Part shown: one piece after another, positions 40,075-52,199 of the stretch
Position numbering within the stretch: position 1 is the first letter of the stretch
Layout: each line of letters opens with the position of its first letter
Assembly: GCA_016748015.1 (NCBI GenBank)
Contig: JAAOMT010000664.1
Span: 873,518-937,517 of the forward strand
Length of the DNA stretch: 64,000 bases
Source: Geosiphon pyriformis uo1
Lineage: Eukaryota; Fungi; Glomeromycota
Direction of reading: 5' to 3'
The notes under the pieces: model-generated
Database searches by the model: none
Told to the model about the DNA's origin: nothing
What the model saw: the letters and a program-made list of their open reading frames with translations, nothing else
Translations under genes and position numbers: made by a program

Positions 40075-42328
40075 TTATTATTATTATGTATTTAATAAAT
40101 ATGAGCCAATTATTATCTAAAAATAAGAAACAAACTAAATATTTTAAAGCTAAATACAGTTTATATGCTTTTTATATATTATTAACTATTTAAGCCAATT
40201 TAGGCTATATTATATTAATATTTTTTAAAAAAAAACTTATCTAAAAAAACATTTTTTGAGCAATTTCAAACAAAATAGCACTATTATTAACCAACTTAAT
40301 CAGTTATTTAGCTGTTTTTAAAACATTAGTCTTAATATTAACAAATTTGTGTTTTCATAATAACATTAAATTAGAAAATATATTATTATTAATTATAGAA
40401 AAATTTATATAAAAACCAGTCATATTAATGTTTTTATAGTTACATTTAGTTTTCAAAGCAACTAGCTTTTGTTTTAGCTTATTAACAATCTTGTTAAAAA
40501 TACTTATATACATTAAAATCTAATTGATCTTAAAACTAAGTATATTACTCAAAACCAAATTTTTATTAACAAATTGTTTAAATACAACAACCAAAAAACC
40601 AATTGGCTTAATAATAAATTTAACCAAGCAGAAAACTTAACCAAATTAAACTTCAAAGAGATTAATCAAGAGAAAATTACAAACATTAACTATTATATTA
40701 GCAAAAAAAGCAAAACTAATTGAAATACTAAAAACCAAAAAAACACAAAAATAACAGTCTTAACATAAAACTTAATGCCAATAAAATAAAACACAAAAGT
40801 TTTGAGAATCTTAAAAAAAAAAAGTAAAAACACTTTATAATCAACAGCCAAATAATTTAAGTCTTGTCATTTAAAACAACATTAGCATCCAGAAGTTTTT
40901 TATTAAATACAATATTTTTTTAAGGTATTAGTTTTAATAATAACAGAATTCAAATTATTTTATAAGCCAAATATAACTAGAACAAACTAAAAACAATAAC
41001 CAAAATTAGATAAGTAAAAAATAAAACAGATTTAACTACCAACTTAAAAAATCATATTACTAATTTTAAAGACAGTACAGCCAGAAAAAAAGTTGACTAA
41101 CTTGATCTTAAACTTATAACAAAACATAATAGTTTTATTTTGATTTATTAAAAAAAAATTTTAATGCTATTTTTATTTAATAAAACTAATTAATGATTTA
41201 AGACAAATATAACAATATTTAAATTCTTAAAGTAAACAACTATATATTGCCAAATATCAGCAGATTTTAATACAACATAAGTGATTTTCTTAAACACACC
41301 AAATACTATTTTAATGTTAACAACAAACATATCCAAAGGCATATTATACAATATAACAATAGCAGAAAAAAAGCCAACTTCAGAAACCACCAGAAATTTG
41401 GCAATCTTAAAAATAGTCAAATAAACAAAACTCTTAGGCTCAATTAGAAATACAGTTTTTAAAGATTGTTTAAAAGCAAAATTCACACCAAAAAATTTTA
41501 TATTGTTTTTTACAACTAATTTTACACCCAAAAAACTATACACAAATTAAAAAATAATCTTAATATAAGCCAATTTGATTTTGAAAATAGCATTAGAATA
41601 GAAGCCATTTATTTAGCAAATTTTTAACAATCAATTAAAATTTTTCAAGCATCATTAATAGCAATACCAAAGACCAAAAAAAAAGATTCAGTTTTTATTT
41701 GATCAGTTCAGTTTTTAAAAACAAGTAATCTAATAAAAAAATTTTGATTTGCTTTTAAAATCGACAAAAATCTGCTAAAAAACATCATATTTAACAATAT
41801 AGTTAGTAGTTAATTTTGGTTTATCTTAGATAATATATTACATAATACAATAAAGATTTCATTTAAAATTACAAAAGAGTTTAATGTAACAATAACAAAA
41901 GCAAGCAACTGTTTCTGCTTTTTAGAATTTTTGGCTTTTTTGGCCATTTTTAAAAAAGTGGTGTTAATAACTTTAAATATAGTAGCAATAGTTAAAAAGA
42001 CCAACTTGTTAATTGGTCTACTATTAAAAACTTTTAAGCTCTTAATAGAAATAAAGACAATATTAAAACTAACTCAAATGAGTTTTTTGAAAAAAATTTT
42101 AACTAGTAAAAAACCAGTTAAAAATAAAAAAAATGTTTCAAAAATTATTAAAAACAGTTTTTTACTATTATTACTTAGAAAAAAACTTCTAAAATATTCT
42201 GTTTAGCTGTTTTTACAATAGAAAAACTTTTTTAGTTAAAACTTTATTAAATATTTTAAAAAAAATATTAGATATAGCTTTTTTATTTTTTGTTTTAATT
42301 GTAGTTATAAAATTAAGAAGACAAAAAG
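40075..42328 (-). mobile_element. ORF1-only HAL1-like element, copy 2 (strongly decayed)
   Basis: Same 5' end as copy 1 (AAAATTAAGAAGACAAAAAG on +); degenerate VILYNMPLDMFVVNIKIVFGVF...IWQYIVVYF; LINE-like 3' UTR and (TAA)n tail at ~40075-40210. Confidence 0.85.
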
Positions 42329-42350
42329 TTTTTTATTATTTAAATTATTA

Positions 42351-45300
42351 TTTTTTATTACTATTTAATAAATAAAGTTCAATTGCTATATAGTATATAG
42401 AATCAAATTAAGTGATTTAAACTAAATATGACTCATACTTTTACTATATATAATCAGTCATTCAAACCAGACAAAGTTATATTAAATACTTATATTAACA
42501 CATGTATTATTACTCAAATTAGAAAAAAAAGAGCATAGTCTGTGTTTACTAAAGCTAACTGCAAAAGATTTAATAATATTAAACAATTAAATCATTTTAT
42601 TTGACAATACAAATACTATATTACAAAACAAACCTATTATTAAACTATTATTCCTAACCAATTTACTCTTTTTTATATTTATTTTATATTTGGATTTTAT
42701 AAACCATATCTTAAACTAGTACAATTCTACTAGTTGTCTTATATATATAACAATAGTAAAAACAGTCTTTTTTCTTTTATTAAAAACTATAAACACATTT
42801 ATATATTAGTTTTTTAGTACAAATTTCTTGCAAACCATTGCATTTAAGCTCACATTTAAAAAAAGTCTGTAAAACAGTAAAAAAACAAATTATAAATATT
42901 TATAAATAAAACTTACTATTTAAAAGTATTTACTAAAATCTCTTTTTAAATATTATTATTTTTAGCATAAGTAAAGATATGGTTTAGCAGTTTTACCTTA
43001 TTATACAGTAAACACAATACATCTAAATATATTTTGTTATATAATCTTTTTTTAACCATCATTGGCAGTTATTTATGCACAGTTTTTATTAAGTATATGT
43101 ACAAATTAATAAATTTCTTACTAATAAACTCAAAAAACATATATAAGTCTAGATGCTATATTTTAATAGTAAGCAACCAATCTATTTTTTTAATCAATAC
43201 ATTTAAAATTACAGTATAATTAAGACCAGTTTCTTAGTAAACATAACAAATAGACTTATACAAATTGTAAACAAAATAACAAGTATTATTAAATATTACT
43301 GTGTTTTCAGCTATTATAAAATGTTTACATACCTTAATTAGCAAATAAAAAAAAGAGTTAGTGACCTTGTCTATTATTATATTAGTTTTAATATTGTCTG
43401 GTATTTTTAAATAACTTTTAATCTTTACCTAATTAAAAAAATTTTATTCTTAATTAGATTAGCAATATGCTTTTTTTCTATTTAGTATTAATTACAAAAG
43501 TCTAGCACAACAAAAAAACTCTCAGACACATATATATTAATAGCAGCTTGGCTATTCAGATACAAAATTACCACACAAAAATATAAAACACATTTTAAAA
43601 ATAGAGCAACAATCTGTAATTCAGCCATTGTGAAAAACAAAAATTTATGTACTTCAATATTAATACTCATATCAAAAGCTGAAAAATAAGCAGTTGTTTT
43701 GTTAACAACCTTAGCAAAACCTATATTTTTTAAAAACTCATTTATGTAAATCTTAATAATATTAAACCAAATCTTATATAAATATTTTTACATATCAAAA
43801 AACTTTTTAGAATTCAAAACATCCAAGTCAGATAACTTATCAATACTGGTAATTTCAATTATTAAGAAAATTTTGTCAAGCAAAACTTAAATGCCAGTTT
43901 AAATTAGTAAAATATAAAGTCTCTAAGATTCAATTTTTTTTATTAATAAAATAGTTTTTAATCTATTATATTGTTTTTTTTGTCTAAAATTTGTTATTAA
44001 ACACAATCTTAAATTGGTTTAAAAAATAAACAGAACTATAATACAAGAACTTTTCTAAAATGTTTAACATTAAAACTTATTAGAACTATAAAATACATTA
44101 GACAAATTATTTATTAAGAATAAATTATTGTTTAAAAAAAATTTATTACTTTAGTCAAAAAATTGTTTATTAAACTAATGTGCAATTTGACAAAAAATTG
44201 CAAAAGCTTTAAAAAAGCTTACACCAGAATTTGCAAATCCAAAAATCTGTAATTAAACAAATATCCAAGAATATCCAAAGTATTAAAAAAGATAATTAAT
44301 AAAGCCAGTTTCTTTTTAGACTGTATTTACTTAAAAAACTTTAAGCCATATAAAAAAAAATGATGTAAAGCTTTATTAAAAAAGTCTTGAAACAAATTGG
44401 TTTTAGTTTTAAGATTTTTTCTGATTATCATATTCTACTTATAATATATATTTGATAAGACAAAACTAAACTGTAACTGATAATTAACTATAGATTACAA
44501 GACAATTAACATTAATAAAAAACTGCTTATCTGTAATTACTTTTCTTAACACCATATTAAAAAAGAATTTAATATCAGAATAAGTCTAAGTTATACTAGG
44601 CTTAAAAAAATTCTTAGTCAATAAAAAAATTTTCAAGTATTTATATAATTCATTTTTTTTAACAATTGAAATTAGTAAGCCACTAATTATTAATAAAACA
44701 GTTTTAACACTTTAGTTAATAAAAATAACCACTATTTTTTCATTATTAATTGAAATATTATTAATATTAAAGAACTTATTAGCAATATTTAAAATGTATT
44801 ATGTAAAAATTTGGTTACTTTTAATCCAAATTGTGTTATCAACAAAGACACCTGTAGCAAAAAATAATGTTTTTTCTCTATTATTCTTTATTTTGCCAGT
44901 TTTAACTATAAACTTAGTATTAATTTAGTACTTATACAAATGTTTATATTTCTTGACTTTACACAAAAAAAAATTGTAGAAAATTTTCAAAAAAACAAAA
45001 GAAAAAACTTCATTCTTGTTCAACTTATTATGTACTTTGTAATTATTTGAAAGCCCAAAATCAGTTATTACTTTATTAATTCTGTTTTTATATATGTTGT
45101 CAAAAAACTCAATAGATTGACTACATATTTTAATGTATTGCAAGCTAGTTTTTAGATGATATTATTTTACTTAATTATAAGTTTTGTACATATTTTGCAA
45201 AACTAACTAAAGCTTTTTATTTTTTTCCAGAGTATTTTTAATAACTGACTCAATAGCAAAAATAAAAGACTAAATTGAAATACTCTTTAATACTGAAAAG

Positions 45301-48300
45301 TTATTATTGCAAAGAACACTAAATCTACTATATACAAAAAAATCTGATTAGAGAAAATTTTAGACAAAATTTTCTTAACTGTCTTAATTAATATAATAAA
45401 TTAAGTATTTATTAAAATGCCATTTCATTTATAAAGCTTGGGAATTATTGAAATCCACACTCTCTATTAAAAAACTAGAATATTATTTAAAGACAAACAA
45501 GAATTCAACAAACCTAAAAGACATTTCATAACACTTTTATTACAATGCTTTTAAAGTTTATTTGAAATTCTAAACAACTTAGCAGCTTTGTTATTAGACA
45601 AAACTGTTAAATACCAAAACCAATTTTTTTATGTTAATCTTTTTTATTATACTAAAAAAGACACTATTATTTATGTAGTTTAAAAGCATATATTGGCAAA
45701 ACCAAATATTAGGCATTTTTGAAAACACAAACTGCTTTTTTGGCTATTTTTTCATAATTTTATTGATCTTAAGTTTTATCTTATTAAGTTTTATAACCAA
45801 TTTTTTTTCAACCACCAAATAATCTAAAACAATTTTGCAAAAAAGCTGTTTTAAAATACTTTTTATCATTTGTTTTTTGTTAAAGCAAAAATTCTCCATA
45901 TATTATTCAATTGTTTTCTTAATAACTGTATTTTTAGATATCTTTAACTTATAATACTTAGACTTTTAATATCTTTTCTTGACTATTAATAAATATTTAA
46001 TACTGTTAATTAATCTTATATTATTTTGAATTATATTAACAACTTTGGAAACCTTAGTACTATTAATAATTATTCAAGTTTTGACAAGATATTTAAATTC
46101 CAAAAAAATTTTAGAGTTTATCTTTTTTACAATTTTAGCAATAAACAGTTTTAATTTAAAGAATTTTAACAATTGCTTATTTTTTAAGCAATTATATTTA
46201 CTATATCAATATTTAAAGAACATTATATTAGCAAAATTACTCTTAACACTTTCTATATTATATTTAAATTACCACAAATCTCTGTTTTCTCAAATACACT
46301 TAATACTGCCAACAATTTAGTAAAAAAACACTTTTTAAAGTACACTTATTTGGTCTTATTTGTATCTTTTATCTTGAATTTTCAGTGATTTTTGTTAGCT
46401 TGTTTGCATATGCTATTCAACTGTATATCTAAAAAACTATTTAAACCAACTAAAACCAAAACTGTCTTGTAATTTGTATCAAAAAATTCAAATACAAAGT
46501 TGACTCTATAACTTATAACTATAATTAACAAACTTTTACTAATAAAAATATAATTTATAATCTTTTTAACTTTTCTAAAATTGCTTTAAATAGAAATTTT
46601 AACTAATAAATATTTACTAAATAAATTAATCAATCTTAAATCCAAACAAAACTTGAAACTTGTACTTTTCTTAGACTTATTTTTATTAAAATCTTTACCT
46701 AAAGTCACAAAAATACTGAAACTAACTGCTTTAACAATAAAAAAGTTGATTTTTAACACTTGACCAAACCTAACTTCAACAAAAACATCAGTATACAAAC
46801 TTAAAATTGTAATTAATAGTTTACTTTTAAACAAAAACTATACTAAAATAACTTAACCAAAAATTTTTTTTACTTTTAAAATATGTAAAACAGAAAATTA
46901 TTTATGATAATAATTATCTTAGCACCAAAAAAACTTTTATCTAGATCAAATGTAAAAATTTTTATCTTATTAAACTTACTCATAATCCATAATCTAATAC
47001 TAGATCTCAATTTTATTTTTATGATAATCAAAATTATATTATTTAAATTTACATATCAACAAATAATATTTTTTTGCTTAATAAAAACATTGATGTTTCA
47101 AACATTATATATAGCAAAATTTTAAACCAAATTATTTATTAAGATAAAAAAATTGCCAAAAAATCTAAGCTAGCATATAATTAATTTAATTTTATCAGAA
47201 CTGAACCAACAGAAGTTTTAAAAGCCACCAACTTTAATTTTAAACTGCTTACTTTGGTGGTTAAAACTTTAAAGCTACTTAAATTCAATATTGAAATTTT
47301 AAAAAACACTAGTATAAAAAAGAAAACAATATAAATAAATTATTCAAAACCATGTTTAAATCCAAATTCAAATCAGAATTTGGCAAATCTGCTAAAATAT
47401 TATAAGAAAAAAAAGAAGTTATTAAGACTAATTCCATATTACTTAGTCTGTACATAATACTAGATACTTAATTAATTAACAGTTTTAAGAAATGTTTTAA
47501 GAAAATTAAGCAAGTATATATAAAGAAATTATTTAATAGAGCAAAAAATTTTTTTTACCAAAACATAAAACACCAAAGAAAGAAAACCTGAAACCAAGAC
47601 CAAAATATATATTATCAAAAACAAAAATCACCAAAACTACTTAAACCCATAATTTGTTATTTAAAATAGCAAAATGAGAGATAAAAATATTTTACTTGGT
47701 ATATAATTTAGTTAATTGAAGACAATTTTTATCTAAAACAAACTTCTTAAATACTTTTAATAATGGAAAAATAAAGATATTAGAGATATTACACTTTAAA
47801 GCAAAATATTTAAAGTGTCTATATTTTTTATATTAAACCAAATTCTACTTAATTCAAGAGAGTTTTATATTATCCAAAATTGGCTTTATATAAAATGTAA
47901 ATTTTAGATTATTTTTTGTCTTGAAACCAATTACAAAACAGCAAATTCTATTGCCAGTTTCAAATAACTAATTAATAATGCAAATTTTTTTACTAGTTTT
48001 TTCTAATAAAATGTCTAAATTATAAGTTATTGTTCTTATAAGCAAAATAAATAAAAGCACTTTAAAACAATTTTTAGACATTTAAACATTGTGATTTTTT
48101 ATAGTTTTTACTATATATACTGAATTTTTTTAATTAAAAATAATTATTTTGCTGCCAACTAATCTACTTAAGCCAATTTAGCAAATTCTACTACAGTTTT
48201 TTATTACAGCCCAATTAATTATAATTAAATTAATACAATTTGATTAAATTTAAATACTACATTAATAATTATTTCTTTTGATATGTTTATAAGAATCTTT

Positions 48301-49117
48301 TTGATTACTACAATCTAATCTAAATACATTTTTTGTTTTTTAAGATTGTGGTTTACAATAATGCTTTTTTTTCAGATCAATAATATGGTTTTTTTTATGT
48401 TTTTTTTAATATAAATATTAATCTAATAATATTTTCAAATTTTAAGAAAGTAATAGCTTTTCAAAACCATTAATAATTAAAAATTTTTTTTAATAATTTG
48501 AATTTTTATTATTACTAATTTGCCATCTATTGTTAAGAGATTAATGTTTAATATAAAAAATTTTTTAATGACTATTTTTACTTAAATTTTTTTTATCTTA
48601 AGATCTATCCATTTTTTGTCCAAAGAGATATTAAGAGAAAAAAAAAATTCTATATATTTTATCTATATTATAGTTAATTATTTTAATTAAAAAACCATAT
48701 TTTAATTCAATATTTATCTTCTTAGCTTTAGAAATTATTGTTATTAAACTAAAAAAAAGCTATTATCAATACTTACTAAAATATTATTACTTTTATTATT
48801 ACTTAATTTACTATCTATATTTGAATATATACCACTTTTAGAGCCAAAGTTGACCAAAAACATATTTTTATTATTATTAAAATACTTGATATTATTTACA
48901 AAAACTTTTTTTTTGGAAAAAAAACCTTTAACAGATCCATAAAAAGCTTCTTTAAACATCTTTTTTTAGACATATTATCACTAAAAATAGCTACCAAATT
49001 TATCACAAAAAAATTATTTGCTTAAGAATAATAAAAATAAAACTACAAAAAAAAACAAAAAAACTTTTTTTCAAAAAACTACTCTTTAAAAAATTTTAAA
49101 TATAAAAGAGAAAGAAG
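42351..49117 (-). mobile_element. LINE copy D, full length, strongly decayed
   Basis: Colinear degenerate ORF1 and ORF2 (GVFVDNTIW ~44830-44855, MAELQIVALFL ~43600-43630, LGKDFN ~46690); 3' UTR at 42351-42485. Confidence 0.88.
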
Positions 49118-49478
49118 TTTTTTTTTTATTTAAATTAAGTAATAAAAATAATAATAAATAATTAAAAAGTTAATACAAAAAGATATAAATATTAAAAAAC
49201 ATTTTTTACATGTATTTTTAATTTTTTAAACAAGCTTAATAGTTATGTTTATTGTTAAAATATTTTTAAAAATAAAAAAAAAATTTTATGTTTTGTTTAA
49301 TTTTTATTAATATTTATTTACTTAATAAATTTTTAAATAATTTTAACATATTTAATTACAATTTTACAAAATTTTAAACTTTTATTTTAATTTTATTTGT
49401 TATTTAAAAATTAAAATTGGGTTTTAAATTTTTGTTTAAACTAAATAATAATAAAAATTATATTTTTATTAACATTAA

Positions 49479-51765
49479 CTCTTTGTCTCCTTAATTTTAT
49501 GACCACAACCAGAGCAAAAAGTAAAAAAAACTGCACCTGATATTTGTCCTGAGATATCTAATAAAATTTCAACCAGAGGAGCTCTCTCTGTTGTAGAAGC
49601 AACTAGGCAAAACGTTTTAGAAGCCTTCTTTTTACTCAGTAATCGTGATAAGCTGCCTTTGGTAGCCACTGAAGCAACTTCCTCATCTTTGGCTGGTTTC
49701 TCATCAGTCAAAGTCCCCTCAAAGAAACACATCTGGGTTAGTTCTGGTATTGCCTCCACCCCAACCAAGAGCCCAAAAGTTTTTAATAATAGACCAGTAA
49801 ATAAGCTGGTATTTCCCTTCATAGCTTCAACATCTGGTGCTGCTAGCACTTCTTCTTTGAAAAAAATGGTCAAAAAGACCAAAAGTTTAGAAAAGTGGGA
49901 GCAGTCACTTGTCTCTGCTATTGTTACACCAAACCCCTTTGTGGTTCTCAATGAGATCTTAGATGAGATCTCTGTAGCATTATCTAGCACGTCATCCAAG
50001 ATAGGCCAAGATCAACCACTGGCTGTATTGTCAAATGTGGTGTCTTCCAGCAGATCTTTGCTGGTTTTAGAAGCAAAACAATTTCTTTCTGTTGGGTCAC
50101 CTGTTTTTGTGAACTGGACTGATCAAATGGAAACTGATTTATCTCCTCCTCTAGTTTCTGATGCTACTTCTGGTGGTGTTTGGAAAACTATTACTAGTTG
50201 TCAAAGATTTGCTAGATGGGTTGCCTCCACTCTGGTGCCTAGTGCTACTTTTAAGATTAAATTGGCTCATGTTAAGACTGTTTTTCAGTCTGTGCATGGT
50301 TTCTTGGGTGCTAAATCTGTTTCAAAAAACAATGTAAAGCTTTTCTGTATGGAGTTTGCTTCTCAACAGTTTTTGGAAGCTGCGTTTCTAGTTGAGCTTA
50401 CAAGCTCTGTTCGTTTGGTCATTCTCAAAATTGCCAAGTCTTTGGTGGTTTCTGAGTCTGGTTCTCCTCCTGCTACTGTTGTGCTGCATAATATACCTTT
50501 GGGTGTGTCTGCTGCTGATGTTAAGTTGGCTCTCAGTGTATTTGGTAGTGTTATTTGTGTTGTGCTGAAGCCTGCTAGCATTTGGCAGTATGTGGTGGTT
50601 TATTTTGAAAAGTTGGACTCTGCTGTGTTTGTCTTGAAGCATTGGTCAGTCTTGATGGGCAAGGATAGTGTTAGAATCCTCCCTCTGGTGAATCAAAATG
50701 AGACTATTTTGTTTCATGATAAGTTTAAGGCCAAATTGGTCAACCTTCCCCCTAGCTGTACTGCCTTTAAAATTAGTAATATGATTTTTCAGATTGGTGG
50801 TTGAACATGTTTCATCCCTCGTTCTCCTGATTCTGGTCATTGTTTCTGGTTTGCTTTGGTTACATTTAACTTTTAAAGTGATTTGGATTCTGCTATAGCC
50901 AAAATTAATACTTTAAGGAAATACTGTATCTGGTGGGAAACTCCTGGCTGCTGGCACTGCTTTAGGTGTCAAGAAATGAGCCATCTGGCTGTGAATTGCA
51001 AGATTTTTCTACCTTCTACTCTCAAGGTTCCCAAGGTTTTCAAGTCTCATTTTGTGGGTGGTGTTTTTTATGCGAAAGCTTCTGCTTCCCTGGATTCTTT
51101 TGAGTTTTCTCTCTTGGTGGCTTCTACTTCCTCTTCTATGGTTGTTGGTGATTTCTTAGTGTCTTTCTGGTTGGCTTCTTTGGAATCTGATTTGGTCAAG
51201 CTTTCTACTTTGGTTGAGTCTATTGTTAAACCAGTTGGTTCCTTGGTCAAATTGTTTGAGCAATTTATTAATGGGGATTTGGTCTCGAGCAGTAAACTTG
51301 GTCTTAAGGTCAATAAGGTTATAGTACATATAAGTTTTTTTAGTAAGATTGTTGGTAAGTTGAGAAGGGAAGTGGTTTTTTTAAAAAAAGAATGCTGCAT
51401 GGAAAATATCGATATGTCTGGTGATTCAGAGTGTCCAGTTAGTTTGGATGATGAAATGTTTTTTAACTTGTTGTCTCTTTGGGAACATGAGCCTATTGAT
51501 GTTAAAGCTAATGTCTTAAAGACAGCTGAATGGCTGGTTGAATTGGTTCCTTATAGTACGACTCTGTTTTTGGTTATTCAAAAGATATCATCTTTAGGTA
51601 AGTTTTCTTCTGGTGCATTAACATAGTATAGCCTGAACTGGCTCGAGTAGCTGGTTACATATAGAAAACACGTGAACTACATCTAATTTAAGACCCTACA
51701 TAGTCATATTGCATTAGATAGTGGTTGGGCCTTGCTTGTTAAACTCTAATAATAATAATAAAAAA
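49479..51765 (+). mobile_element. ORF1-only HAL1-like element, copy 3 (best preserved)
   Basis: 11-bp TSD ATTAACATTAA (49468-49478 / 51766-51776), single long ORF, LINE-like 3' UTR 51627-51747, and (TAA)nA tail. Confidence 0.92.
49499..51626 (+). pseudogene. ~708-aa ORF1p-like RNA-binding protein (Ser-rich N-terminus, 2-3 RRM-like domains, CCHC knuckle, coiled-coil-like C-terminus); one +1 frameshift and two stops
   Basis: ATG at 49499; extra A in the run at ~49523-49530; stops at 50802 (CGA>TGA) and ~50874 (CAA>TAA); motifs VVLHNIPLGVS, AKLVNLPPSCT and CFRCQEMSHLAVNC. Confidence 0.85.
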
Positions 51766-52199
51766 ATTAACATTAAAACCAAATAACAAAAAATTTTAAA
51801 AATAGCACTTATAATTTAAAACTTATAATTTAAAATTATTTAATAAAATCTTGTATATTATTTTTAAACAAAAATAAAAATATGTTATTTTTTGTTTTAA
51901 TATAATTTAAATATCTTAAAAAGTTAATAATATGGCTTAATTATTATTAAAAAAAGCCATAAAATTAAAAGTTAGATTTTAAATATTGTATTTAAACTAT
52001 TTAAATATAATTGCTATTTAATAGTTTTTTTGCTTTAAAAAAGTTTTAATTAATTAATATATTTTTTTTTTTATTAATGCATTTAACGAGTATAGCCCAA
52101 TCGCTATCTAGTACATAGAACCAAACTAAGAGGCTCAAACTAAACACGACTCACGCACTTTCTACATGTGGCTAGCCACTTAGGCCAGACAAAGCAACA

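Noticed and set aside
33454-48959. Many short Ile/Lys/Phe/Asn-rich ORFs in the ORF track
   Set aside because: They are transition-eroded fragments or antisense frames of LINE and ORF1-only copies, not independent genes.
49499-51626. Possible domesticated host RNA-binding gene
   Set aside because: Three dispersed, disrupted copies with a TSD and retro-tail indicate a mobile element.
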